A stretch of 64,000 nt of DNA from an uncultured Nitrososphaeraceae archaeon (GTDB taxonomy: Archaea; Thermoproteota; Nitrososphaeria; Nitrososphaerales; Nitrososphaeraceae): assembly GCA_963837175.1 (NCBI GenBank), contig CAWIMJ010000009.1, positions 65,968 to 129,967 on the forward strand. The letters run 5' to 3'. A program made the translations under genes and the position numbers. Below, one piece after another: positions 1-11,462 of the stretch. The notes beneath the pieces were generated by a model. That model saw nothing but the letters and a program-made list of their open reading frames with translations, had not been told where the DNA came from and ran no database searches. Each line of letters begins with the position of its first letter. Within the stretch, counting starts at the first letter, position 1.

Positions 1-24
1 TAATAATAATAATAATAATAATTA
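1..24. repeat. (TAA)n microsatellite, possibly cut by the window edge
   Basis: About 7 TAA units visible directly. Confidence 0.9.
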
Positions 25-516
25 TGATAAGAGAATATGTAATTATTGTGGATGGAATATGGACGAATCAGATATAGAAATCCTGATTTTCTTTCATTCT
101 GATTGCTGGAAAGAATATAGAAAAGACGGTTTAGTATATCCTATGCCAGAAAATGTTTAATTCATGTAAGTAATTTGAGAATGGTAGTGTTTTTAGTTTT
201 TCCTTCTGTTCTTGGATTACAATGGAAATTGTGCTGTCTTAGAAGATGACGATATTGATAGTTATCTCAATAAAGGATGGTGTATGTATTCTCTAAAAAA
301 CAAAATTATTATTAAATTTTTTGCACATGACTTTATCTGTGTTATCATAATATTATAAATTCAAATAAGCAACCATTTTTTTTCTATGTAGTTAGTAACC
401 TGATTGATTTCCTTTTTGAATATACTCTTCTTCTTCCTCTCTTATGTCCACACTACAACATGCGGTATAATGTACTTTGATAAAATTATATATACTGTAA
501 ATATTTCTGTTAAACT

Positions 517-1488
517 ATGGTGCTAGAGATTATAAGAAATTTTAGAGTTGGGTTTGCTATCATATTGATAACTTTTCTAATAGGTGCTACTGCTGCTATT
601 GCAATAGTACCAACTGTAGCCTATAGCCAATCTATTCCTTCTGTTCCAAACAATGCTAGTATTAACACTGTCAATAATAATAAAAAAGTAGTAATCTTAA
701 ATTTTGACGACGCATTTGAGAGTCAATACGCTAATGCCAAGCCAATTCTAGACAAGTATGGATATAAGGCTACTTACTATGTGGTCTGTAACTATATAGG
801 AAATAGTGGACGACTAACATGGGAAGATATAACGGCATTATCTAACGAAGGACATGATATAGGATCTCATACAATGAATCATGCAGATCTTTCTAAAACA
901 TCAAAAAAGGAGACTGAATTTGAAATAGGTGACTCAAAACAATGCCTTCTTGACCATGGCATTAATACCACAAGCTTTGCGTATCCTTTTAATGCAGGAT
1001 CTGATGAGGCATCAGTAATCGATGTAGTTGCTAAATATTATGATATAGCTAGAACTGCTAGAAGTGCTCCTGAGCCAATAATGTATTTACATTGTGATGG
1101 GTTTAAAGATCAATCAAGTCAGACTGATTGTAGAACATATTCTGGTGATGGTAAACTTACTTTTGCAAACAGGTACTCTATTATAGGTTGGAGTCATGAT
1201 GCTGATAGGTACAAGTATTCATATGATGATTCTGGAATGTTCGATAGATTCGTTGAAGTTGTCAATAGCCCGTCTAGATATAACACAGATGGTACAATAC
1301 ATGCAATTCCTATAGTTATATGGCATAGGATAGATAATAGCGGAGAAGGAGATCCAAAGGTTTATGCTACTACTCCAGATCTATTTCAAAAAGAAATTAA
1401 TTATTTACACGATAATGGCTTTAAGGTATTGACAATGGCAGACCTTGGATACGATGAAAATAGCAATTATTTATACCTAAAAAGATAG
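517..1488 (+). CDS. Secreted or membrane-anchored polysaccharide deacetylase (CE4/NodB)
   Basis: Hydrophobic N-terminus; NFDDAF, GSHTMNH and FAYPF CE4 motifs. Confidence 0.9.
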   Translation: MVLEIIRNFRVGFAIILITFLIGATAAIAIVPTVAYSQSIPSVPNNASINTVNNNKKVVILNFDDAFESQYANAKPILDKYGYKATYYVVCNYIGNSGRLTWEDITALSNEGHDIGSHTMNHADLSKTSKKETEFEIGDSKQCLLDHGINTTSFAYPFNAGSDEASVIDVVAKYYDIARTARSAPEPIMYLHCDGFKDQSSQTDCRTYSGDGKLTFANRYSIIGWSHDADRYKYSYDDSGMFDRFVEVVNSPSRYNTDGTIHAIPIVIWHRIDNSGEGDPKVYATTPDLFQKEINYLHDNGFKVLTMADLGYDENSNYLYLKR

Positions 1489-1814
1489 ATAGATAAATAG
1501 AAAATAAGGAAAATAGATATGAGTAGAGATACGAAGATACTCTGAAGACTAACAAAGAAAACAAGAAGAAGAAGAGATAGATAGAGGATAAAATAGAATT
1601 TGAAACATCAACAACGATAATAACAACAATAAAAAAGCATATTATTATTGTCATCCTTATCAATATAAAAATAAATATAACAAGAAAACAAAATAAAATA
1701 CAAAAATGGGAGATTTTAAATATAATTTCCATTTCTTATATTTATAATATTTTAAATTACAGTAATGTATATAGTGGATGAAGAAAGAGTATAATAGATG
1801 GATGGAGATGAATA

Positions 1815-2111
1815 TTGAGTAATAATAAACAATTCCTTATGCAACAGTTATTATGGATTGGTATTTCGCTAGGGATTAGCATTGCAATTTCATTATTTGT
1901 ACCTTTTCCTTTTTCTTTACCTCTCATAATAGGTCTTTTCATTTTGCTGAGTTTCTATATGAGAAAAAGAGCAATGAGAAAAATGGGTATGGGCGGTGCT
2001 ACGATGTTCGGTAGCAATAATTCAATAAATTATTATTGTATGGGTTGTGGAACAAAGCATAACGATGCAGCTTGCCCTAGATGTGGTTCAAAAATGAAAA
2101 GAGTTGGTTAA
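1815..2111 (+). CDS. Small membrane protein with C-terminal zinc ribbon
   Basis: Two hydrophobic segments; CMGC...CPRC. Confidence 0.8.
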   Translation: MSNNKQFLMQQLLWIGISLGISIAISLFVPFPFSLPLIIGLFILLSFYMRKRAMRKMGMGGATMFGSNNSINYYCMGCGTKHNDAACPRCGSKMKRVG

Positions 2112-2914
2112 TTGTGAGTAAAATAAGAATAATGATGTAACTTTTTCTACGGATCTATTTCGTAGAGTTGTTCTTTTTTTAGTATATAATATACTACTAT
2201 CCCCAGCCGCATATATTATCTTGAAGAAGGTAATCTTTATAGAGATGATATCGCTGTTAAAACTGATATTACTATATAAACTCGTTTTGTAGAGCCATTA
2301 CCTAAGGTCTCGCTTCCTATGGTATACTAGTCAAAAGGCATCTAGATTTCTTGCTACGAGTTTATTGATATTGTCCTTTACTAGTAGAAAAGAGTGTATT
2401 TTTAGTTCCTTTTTATTATCCTCAGAAATTTGTCAGTTTGGTTGCCTTGCTCAATTGCATGTTAGTATCGAATATTAGATAAAATCAACCACAGGATGAA
2501 ATTCCATATGATTCGTGAATTAGCAATTCAAATATCTATAAATTATTAATAGGCTATAATATTATTCAATCATCAAATTTTTAACTATGGTTACTGTCAG
2601 TCTTGTTGAGGTCAATTATAATAAAAGAACAATAACCATTCCTAATTCAAATTTGATACACTCCGAGTTTGATGATATTAGCAAGATATCTGTACTTTGA
2701 CTGTCCTAAAAAAATCGACATGGATAAAAATATTACATCGCCTATCATAAGAAATAGAATACTTACATGAATACCTAATACAGAGAAGGGAGAAGGGGAT
2801 AGTAACAATAAAAATAATAATAATAATAATGATAAACAAATTTTTGTATGTATAATTATTAAAAGAATAACCTTTTTAATAATCTATGTATAACCTTTTT
2901 TGGGTTATCTACTT

Positions 2915-3223
2915 ATGGCAAAGATAGTTGTAGGAAAGACTGATGAAATCAAAGAGGGAAAACTAACCCATATACAAGCTGGTGGAAAGGAAGTTCTAGT
3001 TGCTAATGTCAACGGAAATTACTATGCAATGGGTAATATATGCACTCATGCTGGAGCTGAACTTCATGAAGGTGAACTCGAAGGCAAGGAATTGACATGT
3101 CCGTGGCATGGTGCAAAATGGGATGTCACTACAGGCAATCAGATCTGGTTTCCTCAGAAATTAAAACCAGAAGAATCTTTCAAAGTTAGTGTCGAAAATG
3201 ATACTGTTTATGTAGAGGTATAA
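2915..3223 (+). CDS. Rieske [2Fe-2S] ferredoxin
   Basis: CTH...CPWH motifs; ATG 2915 preferred over TTG 2900. Confidence 0.92.
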   Translation: MAKIVVGKTDEIKEGKLTHIQAGGKEVLVANVNGNYYAMGNICTHAGAELHEGELEGKELTCPWHGAKWDVTTGNQIWFPQKLKPEESFKVSVENDTVYVEV

Positions 3224-3835
3224 ATTCAATAGTATAATGTGTATATATGATATACATATAGATATATACATATATCTATATTTTTATTTTGATGTTGATA
3301 ATTATGAAATAATAATACAATACTCTAATGCTACAAGTAAAATATCTGAATTGCCTGTTTGTGGAGTCATCTATTATCGCAGATCACGCCATTTAGATTT
3401 AGTATTATAAAGATGACTCCAATCCTCTAGTGAATAGTTTGATAAAAGAATCCTGTTATCAGTACAGGACTATGTCAACTACATAAATAAAAAACAGGTT
3501 AGATGATATATTAAATTATAAATAATATAGATTTAAAGAAATTGATTGTTTGTGATAATAGAAATCTTCAACCAAACGTCTTTGATGCTATTATTAATAA
3601 AATAAATATATATGAAAATAATGAATTTGTCAAAAGATTTTAGATCTTTATGGATCAGTATTATTATTATATATTATCATTATCATCAACCTGCTAACTG
3701 CTGCTCAGTTTTTTCGTGCTTATACTGATCCTGCTGAGAACCTTCATTTTCAATTGCCTTTTTTTATTTTAGAATTATCGTTGCTGAATTGTACAGCTAA
3801 CATTTCATTCATTAAATATATAATTTAAAAATTTA

Positions 3836-4849
3836 TTAGGTTAGATTGCTTTTCTTTTCTTCTTCAATCATGCTCTCATAAATACGGTATGCACCTCCAG
3901 TATTGCTACTGACATAACTCCAAACCTCAGATCTAATGGGCAATGCTTCGAAAGCAGATTTTTGCTTATCGTCAAGTATGTCATACGCCGATTGACCAAT
4001 TACAATTCTATTGGGTCTTGCAAGGTCTTTCATTTTAGCGGCAATACTAATAGTATAACCCAAAATGTCAAGATGCTGCTTTTTTACTATCTGCTTGTTA
4101 TCTAACTCATAAACATCCCATCCATACTGTACTACTGCATTCTCGCCAACATCTATTCCAACCCTTACTCTTATTTCAGGATAATCATATTGATTTAGAA
4201 TAGGATTGATACCTTCCTGTGTTATCCTAATCATAGCATATGCACAATTTACCGCATTGATACAAGATATATGTAAATTGTCAGAATTATTATCAGGAAA
4301 AAAAGAGAGTATTGCATTTCCTACATATTTTAGTGTATATCCGCCATATGCTGTTACCATCAGAGATATCTCTTGAGTAAATGCCTGAATTATCGATGCA
4401 AACCTCTCCACGGGAAGAGTCATTGACAGTCTGGTTGAGTCTACAAGAGCAATGTCTAATATAACAAGAGTAACTTTAGATTTGGCAAATTTTTCCAAAA
4501 CTTTCTGTGTTTCTTCTGTTGACACATCGAAATCAGATCCTACTTTCAAAGCCTTCCAGACCCTTGATTGTGCCATCTTAATTGCAGCGTCCAGATCAAC
4601 TACTGCATCAAGATAAAAAGAACCTAACGACGGAGTATCTGACGCCTGTTTGACAGATATCTTTTTTCTCTCCTCTTCTTTATTTACACTTTCGATAATC
4701 TTTTCAACTTCCTCTTCACTAATATCCATCTGCAATGCGATTATATCAGATGGAATTCCGGAATTATACAAGTTCAATACAGTCTGACTCTGAGGATATC
4801 TGCTATCGCTGCTACTTATGTCTTCGGCCATATTATCTATTTGATACAT
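3836..4849 (-). CDS. Class III adenylate/guanylate cyclase-domain protein with N-terminal HTH-like segment; catalytic residues degenerate
   Basis: KYVGNA, RVGIDVGE and DILGYTISIAAK follow the cyclase pattern, but the metal-binding Asp positions are altered. Confidence 0.85.
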   Translation of the reverse strand: MYQIDNMAEDISSSDSRYPQSQTVLNLYNSGIPSDIIALQMDISEEEVEKIIESVNKEEERKKISVKQASDTPSLGSFYLDAVVDLDAAIKMAQSRVWKALKVGSDFDVSTEETQKVLEKFAKSKVTLVILDIALVDSTRLSMTLPVERFASIIQAFTQEISLMVTAYGGYTLKYVGNAILSFFPDNNSDNLHISCINAVNCAYAMIRITQEGINPILNQYDYPEIRVRVGIDVGENAVVQYGWDVYELDNKQIVKKQHLDILGYTISIAAKMKDLARPNRIVIGQSAYDILDDKQKSAFEALPIRSEVWSYVSSNTGGAYRIYESMIEEEKKSNLT

Positions 4850-5217
4850 AAATATTCGTAGTATTAATCTTAATGTGTCATACCCATTCTTTACAAATCA
4901 TAGTTTTCTAAAAACTTACTACTTTGCATTATCTGTACTTTATGCTAGAATTTCAAAAATTATGCAGTGCCCATATGGAATTATGCAATATTCTAGAAAA
5001 TTTGCTGTATGAATATATCTGAATCTTACAGAAGTATTTTCTGAGGATAATACGAACAATAACATATGCAATATTATTCTTTTAAAAATCTTATTAAGTC
5101 TTATAGTAAAGAATATGATTCATCTTTTTATTCAAAAATAATAAGAGCTAAATGTATTGTTATTTTTGAGTATTGCACATATATTCTATAAGATTAGTTT
5201 TATATTGATTAATTAAA

Positions 5218-6027
5218 ATGGGTGGAGGAGGTTTAAGAAGTATCTGGAAAGGGAGCATATCTTTTGGACTTGTCAATATTCCAGTAAAACTTTATACGGC
5301 CACTTATGATAAAGAGTTTTCCTTCAATCAATTGGATAATAAAGGTCATAAAATCCAATATAAAAAGTGGTGTCCTACAGAAGATAAAGAGATACCATAT
5401 TCTGAAATCAAGAAAGGATATGAAATTTCAAAAGATAACTATGTGATAATAGAAAAAGAAGATCTAGATAAAATTAAACTTAAAACAACAAAAACAATAG
5501 ATATCAAAGAATTTATTAATTATAATGATTTTGATCCTATACTTGTAGAAAAGAGCTACTATATTGCTCCTGATAGTAAGGCTTCTGCTGATAAAGCTTA
5601 TTCCTTATTTATAAAAGCAATAAAAGAGACTGACAAAATAGCAATAGGAAAGGTAGTATTAAGAGATAAAGAAAATCTTGTTGCTTTACGTGCATATCAA
5701 AGAGGAATGATAATGCATCAGCTACGTTACATTGATGAAATAAAACCAGTAAACGAAATAGAAGAAATGCCAGACGCCTCACAACCTAAAATCGACGATA
5801 AGGAATTGTCACTTGGCAAGATATTGGTTGAAAATCTTTCAAATGAAGAATTTGATCCAAGCCAGTATTCTGATGCTTATTCTAAGCAATTGGAGCAATT
5901 AATAAATTCAAAAGCACAAGGCAAAACTTTTAATTCTAAACCATATGAAAAGGATGAGGATACAAGCAGCAATTTGCTTGAAGCACTTAAAGCTAGTGTT
6001 CAGAAGAGTCGATCAAAAAACAAGTAG
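5218..6027 (+). CDS. ku: Prokaryotic-type Ku (NHEJ DNA end-binding protein)
   Basis: RSIWKGSISFGLVNIPVKLY, KGYE and C-terminal NLLEALKASV are Ku hallmarks. Confidence 0.95.
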   Translation: MGGGGLRSIWKGSISFGLVNIPVKLYTATYDKEFSFNQLDNKGHKIQYKKWCPTEDKEIPYSEIKKGYEISKDNYVIIEKEDLDKIKLKTTKTIDIKEFINYNDFDPILVEKSYYIAPDSKASADKAYSLFIKAIKETDKIAIGKVVLRDKENLVALRAYQRGMIMHQLRYIDEIKPVNEIEEMPDASQPKIDDKELSLGKILVENLSNEEFDPSQYSDAYSKQLEQLINSKAQGKTFNSKPYEKDEDTSSNLLEALKASVQKSRSKNK

Positions 6028-6821
6028 AGAAAATTAGTTCTTTTTCTCCTTTCTCATCCTCACGGTGTTGCCCTTATTTTCTTTACGATTTCAGAGACAT
6101 TTGGTGTTGTACAATCTATAGGAAGCATTTATATATACACATATATACATATATATATTAAACAATTATTCATTATTTGTAGACATAGATACAATAGCAG
6201 AAAAATTTTGACCTAAATGAGAAAATTGAGTATATTGCTTCTTCTTTATTATTTTGATTATATCAAAAAGACTCTATTGTGTTTCTTTTACTAGTTTTCA
6301 TAGTCTATTCTGGTGATTTTTTTGTGTGGATATCTTTTTCTCACAACCCTCAGCTGTTACTTCAGCAAATGATCTTTTTGCATGCTTTACTAGAATTTTG
6401 AAACTCATAGGATATGTCTCTTATGAAAAACTACAATACTATCCTTTTATACGATTTGGAATTAAAAAAGTCTTTATTATAGTTTTATAGTGATATATTG
6501 CTCTTTTCACCATTAGTATAATCCAAACAGTATCAGGAGCCCTCTTGTAATGTATAAAGAGGAATAACAATCTAGTCACTAACTTGGCAATCTTTTTCTA
6601 TAATCCGGATATTTTTCTCTTAGTTAAATAATCAGATAGGATAAATTACAATATTATTATATTCTATAAATTTTGAATTAGGATAGATATGGGTAGTTTA
6701 ATGATTTCTTAACAGGCATTCCATCATCTATAATTTAAAATTTTGTCAGAGATGCATGTAAGCAAGGTTATTAATCTCATTATTTTTAATTATAAAGCAG
6801 CATTTTCTAGAATTTGTCTAT

Positions 6822-7202
6822 CTAATTCTGCAAATGTTTCTCAATTATATTTATCAATTGTTTTGTAGATACGGGCTTTTGGATATAGCCGTCTATCTTT
6901 ATAGAGTTGAGAACCTTGGATAAGTCACGGTCATTAAACTCAAAGGCTGACATTAACAAAAGCTTGATTGTAGGATGCATTGATTTGATCTTCTTTACAA
7001 GCTCAAATCCATTCATTGCTGGCATTCTGACGTCTGCAAGAACTAATCCATAACTTTCAGAATTTGTCTTTAGATGCTCTAAAGCTAATAATGGATCTGT
7101 AAAGGCATATGTAGTGAAACCTTGCTTTTGAAGAGCCTGTTTAATGAGATTAACTATATCAAATTCATCATCAACTACCAATATTGACTTATTAGCCGGC
7201 AT
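6822..7202 (-). CDS. Single-domain response regulator receiver
   Basis: VVDDE, DVRMPAMNG, YIQKP. Confidence 0.92.
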   Translation of the reverse strand: MPANKSILVVDDEFDIVNLIKQALQKQGFTTYAFTDPLLALEHLKTNSESYGLVLADVRMPAMNGFELVKKIKSMHPTIKLLLMSAFEFNDRDLSKVLNSIKIDGYIQKPVSTKQLINIIEKHLQN

Positions 7203-7507
7203 TTGATTTAAATACCATTTTCTATAAGTTAGTTACTATTAAAGTCATTGTTATATACTCTTATGCAAGTCGGGTATCTGCTAAATACAAAGCAATGCTC
7301 TTTGGATATTAAGTTCCAGTTATTAAGGATAGGATAACATAATCAAGTATGTTGTTGAGTTAATTTCATTTCTGAATAATTGTTAATAAATAATGCTAAT
7401 GATGATATTCTTTATCGTATAAAATATAATATTACCCTTTAATTTTGACTAGTGCTGTATTATAGAACTAATTACCAATCTAACTAGGTTAAATTTAGTT
7501 TGCATCT

Positions 7508-8011
7508 CTATTCAACGCTTACTATTTCTTTATTCTTTTCCTGTTCATCTAATTTATTTAGTTCTGTCATCAAGAATTGTTTATACTTGTTTCGTTCTTG
7601 TTCTGTCATTCTATCAAGATTAGAGCTCAAAGTTGACCCTATAGTAGATATCCTATCAATAAGATCCTTTGCCATAAATCTTCCAATGTTACCGACTCTC
7701 AGCATTACATCTAGTTGTTTCTGTAAAATGTTATGAACTGAATCTATATCAGCAGCAATCTCAAGTCCTTTTCCTGTTATTTTGTATTTGCCGTTTTGAA
7801 TTTCATCTATTAAACCTTCTTCAAGCAATCTGCCAAGTAATGGATATATAAGTCCAGGTGATGGTCTCCATTTACCATCACTTTGAAGTATGGCCTTATC
7901 AATGATTTCTTTTCCTGTCATAGACTGCTCCTTTAATAGCCCTAAAATGTAATGTCTAGAAAATCCTCTTGGAATTACACTTCCTACCCTTGAAAACCAA
8001 TCCGATAACAT
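7508..8011 (-). CDS. PadR-family transcriptional regulator
   Basis: WRPSPGLIYPLLGRL...YKITGKG. Confidence 0.88.
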   Translation of the reverse strand: MLSDWFSRVGSVIPRGFSRHYILGLLKEQSMTGKEIIDKAILQSDGKWRPSPGLIYPLLGRLLEEGLIDEIQNGKYKITGKGLEIAADIDSVHNILQKQLDVMLRVGNIGRFMAKDLIDRISTIGSTLSSNLDRMTEQERNKYKQFLMTELNKLDEQEKNKEIVSVE

Positions 8012-8449
8012 ATCACTAGTAATATCGCTAGTGATTTATTAAGTTTTCGACATGATTCAAGATATTCATGTCAGAAATAACGATCACTACGATAATAATG
8101 TAATCAGCCCGATCCATTATTTAGAAGGGCAATTATTAGATATATCATCATAAGGAAATCTAAAATCCTGTGCCTAGTTCAAGTTTTAGAGAATATTGCA
8201 CTTTTTAGCGTTATTATTCTTCTTCTACTGTTTAACACTTATAGAAACGTCATCATGAGACAAATCCAACTTTAATAACATTCATTCACATAAGAAAAAC
8301 AGAATAGCTCTTTAAATTATTATCAAATACTGGCTTAACAGCCTAAACAACATATTGAAAAACTGAGTCTAATTCTTAGAGTTTCTCGAGTAACGAACGA
8401 TCAAAGAGGTATTGCATATTTATACTACTTTGAATTAATATACTAGCAT

Positions 8450-8821
8450 TTGTCTTTCGTGGATTCCTATTATATGCAGCGAATAAATAACCTTATTAAT
8501 AGTATGGCTCTATTAGAAGAGGAAATTAGTAATACAGCAGAAATAATAAAAGAAGAGTATAATAAGGCCAGTTCGGCTATGATGGAAACACATAATTACT
8601 TTTTAAATGGCATCCAAACTGGCCAGCCATCTAAGTCATATTTACTTACTCGTAAAGGAATAGAGGTATTGGGTGAGGAAGTTATCTCAATTGATATATT
8701 TATAGATAATGTTCTTAATTTCTCGAATTACCCAAACAAAAAAATTGAAGTTCTTAAGGATTTAGCCATGCATTTACAAAAGATAAATCAAATGATTATT
8801 GAGTCTACGACTACTACTTAA
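8450..8821 (+). CDS. Hypothetical protein
   Basis: 123-aa ORF with plausible composition; AT-rich promoter-like sequence upstream. Confidence 0.65.
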   Translation: MSFVDSYYMQRINNLINSMALLEEEISNTAEIIKEEYNKASSAMMETHNYFLNGIQTGQPSKSYLLTRKGIEVLGEEVISIDIFIDNVLNFSNYPNKKIEVLKDLAMHLQKINQMIIESTTTT

Positions 8822-8973
8822 AAATTTCCCAAAGGGTTTTTGGAATATTCTGGCAAATATTCTGTCGAGGGAGAATATATAGAAGAGACAATAGTTACGT
8901 AAACTGTATTATTTCACGTATAACAAGCAGATTAGAAAATATTAAAATCAACCTTATACAATAAAATAGAACA

Positions 8974-9255
8974 ATGTCAACTGAGCAAAAAATAATCAAA
9001 TTTCATGGTGCTGAAGTAAATAACGTGATCATTCTTTATTCAATAAGACCATACTCCAAGCCTGTCACAGTAGTAATCGAAGAATTTGATGCATTAAAAG
9101 ATCCGGAACGTTGTGAAACAATAAACATTCAAGTAGTAGCTGATTTTGTTACAATTACATTTTATAAACAAGAAAGTTCTAATTCGATTATACGCCGAGA
9201 GTTAATTCCTACACAGGCGGTGGAACATATTTGGGTTAATGATTTAATAAAGTAA
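8974..9255 (+). CDS. Hypothetical small beta-rich protein
   Basis: 93-aa ATG ORF with protein-like composition. Confidence 0.65.
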   Translation: MSTEQKIIKFHGAEVNNVIILYSIRPYSKPVTVVIEEFDALKDPERCETINIQVVADFVTITFYKQESSNSIIRRELIPTQAVEHIWVNDLIK

Positions 9256-9911
9256 TTCATTTGAGTTAATGGTTTTGTAGAGTGAACGTAAAAAGTCGAT
9301 AAACAATTGTGGTAGTTTAATTATAAGTTTAGAGTATGTTTTGAAACCAGACTTTCATATTGAATATAATAAAGCGTTAATTTATTGTATATTGTCTAAG
9401 TCCACAATTATATAAGAAACGTTACACATCGCTTAGAGTGCTTAATAACTTTGACTCTATTTTCATAACTGCTGGTTGACTGTTATAATTTTTTTGATAC
9501 TGTGATATATAATAATATTGAATTATATAATTGCATCATTATTTCTTTATAAATGGTAATAATAATTATTAATTGAATTTGTTATCGGTTATCTGTTATC
9601 TGATTTGAGACAATAACTAAGTTTGAAAATGTAAAGACATTAGTGTCTCTTAGAATCCCATCTATTTAAATCTCAGATTCTGATATTACCTGAATTCATA
9701 TGTTTTATTAAATGTTAAAGAAGCAAATACATTTTTTTGCAGCTCAAGGCAAGTCGGCAAATTAACATATATGTTCGTTCTTAATAATTGATGTATTTCT
9801 TTTTATACGATGATTTTATATAGAAATTCCTAGAATGAACGTATTCTTATTGTAAATAATACAAATATTAATTCTAACAATTTATAATGCAGTACTAAAA
9901 TAGTATTTAAT

Positions 9912-10319
9912 ATGAAAATAGAACCAAAAGATGGAGACATTACTAAGAAAACAGGAGTAAGCAATAAATGTGAAGTGGCCAATATATGGGAAGTCCTTGG
10001 TAAAAGATGGTCCTTAATAATTTTAAAGAATTTGAGCACGAAAGAAGTAATACGTTTCAATGAACTGAAGAAAGTATTGTCAGGAATAAGCAGCACTGTA
10101 TTATCAGAAAGACTATTAGAACTAGAACGTGAAGGTCTTGTTTCTAAAAAAATATATCCAGAAATTCCTCCTAAAGTTGAATATAGTCTAACCCGGCGAG
10201 CAAAAGAGCTCGAAGTTATCCTAAAAGAGTTAGGCAGATGGGTAAGTCGATGGAAGGCTTCTGAGGAAGCAAAGGCAATAACAACTACGGCTTCAATGAA
10301 AGGTAAAAGCATAGTCTAA
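9912..10319 (+). CDS. HxlR-family winged-helix regulator
   Basis: Cys before LGKRWSLIIL; RFNELKK; PPKVEYSLT. Confidence 0.92.
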   Translation: MKIEPKDGDITKKTGVSNKCEVANIWEVLGKRWSLIILKNLSTKEVIRFNELKKVLSGISSTVLSERLLELEREGLVSKKIYPEIPPKVEYSLTRRAKELEVILKELGRWVSRWKASEEAKAITTTASMKGKSIV

Positions 10320-10457
10320 AATTAAGAAGCATAAAAAGTTGAAACGACATTCCCTTATTAGTTATTGATAACAATTCAGCGGCACGATGTATAATTGCTT
10401 TTTCTTCTAACTCGCTAAAATGGTTCACCATCATCTTCATCTTGTCACAGGATATAG

Positions 10458-10482
10458 TTGCCTAAATTCTGAATTTAGGCAA
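10458..10482. promoter_or_regulatory. Perfect 12-bp inverted repeat with 1-nt spacer, putative operator
   Basis: TTGCCTAAATTC-T-GAATTTAGGCAA; function inferred. Confidence 0.55.
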
Positions 10483-10619
10483 TCAATAGCACTATGACGC
10501 TACTACTAACTTACTATCATCCATAAGCAAGCTGTTAATAAATATATGATTAAGTATATTTTATCTGAAAACTATATTGGAGACAATATTAGAATAAGAA
10601 GAGGAGGCTGAGGACTGAA

Positions 10620-11462
10620 ATGGCAATAACTATACGAAAAAATCCAACGTTCACAGATTTACTTCAGAAAAATCTACAATCTAGATATGAAGATAAAAGG
10701 AGAGTCGATAACATTGTACATGTTTCCGATATTATACCTACTACCTGTATAAGGAAGCAATATTATTCCAGAAAGTTCCCTGAATTAGATCCTCTATCAA
10801 ACGAATCAGTACATCATTTTGTAAGAGGTGAATCTAGCGAATTTGTGATTACAGAGCTTGCAAGTTTAGGTGTGGCACAAGCCACTATAGAAATGGATGG
10901 AATAGTTGCTCATCCAGATATTATGAATGAAGTTGAAAGTGTTATAGTAGAGCTAAAAGATACAGTTAATGGCAAACGGCTTGATATAACTGATAGTACA
11001 TTCCGAGCATACCTTAGGCAGTTATTATATTACTTGGTTATGACCGGTATAGAAAAAGGAATTATTTCTATAAGGTATAACATTAGAGAGTTAAGATGGA
11101 TAAAAAGTGATTCAGAAGGTAATGATTATTTCTTCAGGCCATTTAATGCTAAAGACGTTGGCATAGAAAGCTGGGAAATACATTTGCCAGCAACAGATGT
11201 TGTCAGGGAAATATTAAAAAATGAAATGGTTCGAAGGAAGAATTTATTCTTAAAAGCATTGGAAGAAAATGACGTGTCTATATTGCCTCGATTACCAGAG
11301 TTTGCAAGAAATAAGAAATGTAGTTGGTGTCCATTTTATGATAAATGTATGAATAAAGATAATGAAACAGATAAAGCTAAAGAAATGTCAAATGAGATTG
11401 ATATCTTAGATATAAATGGTGTAGTTGACTTTAAGCCTGTTGTAGACAATAGTAATAGATAG
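10620..11462 (+). CDS. Solo Cas4-like / PD-(D/E)XK nuclease with Fe-S cysteines
   Basis: HVSD..C.RKQYY, HPD...VELK, QLLYY, CSWCPFYDKC. Confidence 0.85.
   Translation: MAITIRKNPTFTDLLQKNLQSRYEDKRRVDNIVHVSDIIPTTCIRKQYYSRKFPELDPLSNESVHHFVRGESSEFVITELASLGVAQATIEMDGIVAHPDIMNEVESVIVELKDTVNGKRLDITDSTFRAYLRQLLYYLVMTGIEKGIISIRYNIRELRWIKSDSEGNDYFFRPFNAKDVGIESWEIHLPATDVVREILKNEMVRRKNLFLKALEENDVSILPRLPEFARNKKCSWCPFYDKCMNKDNETDKAKEMSNEIDILDINGVVDFKPVVDNSNR

Noticed and set aside
1421-1732. 103-aa hydrophobic ORF
   Set aside because: Reverse translation of an A-rich low-complexity spacer; overlaps the deacetylase end
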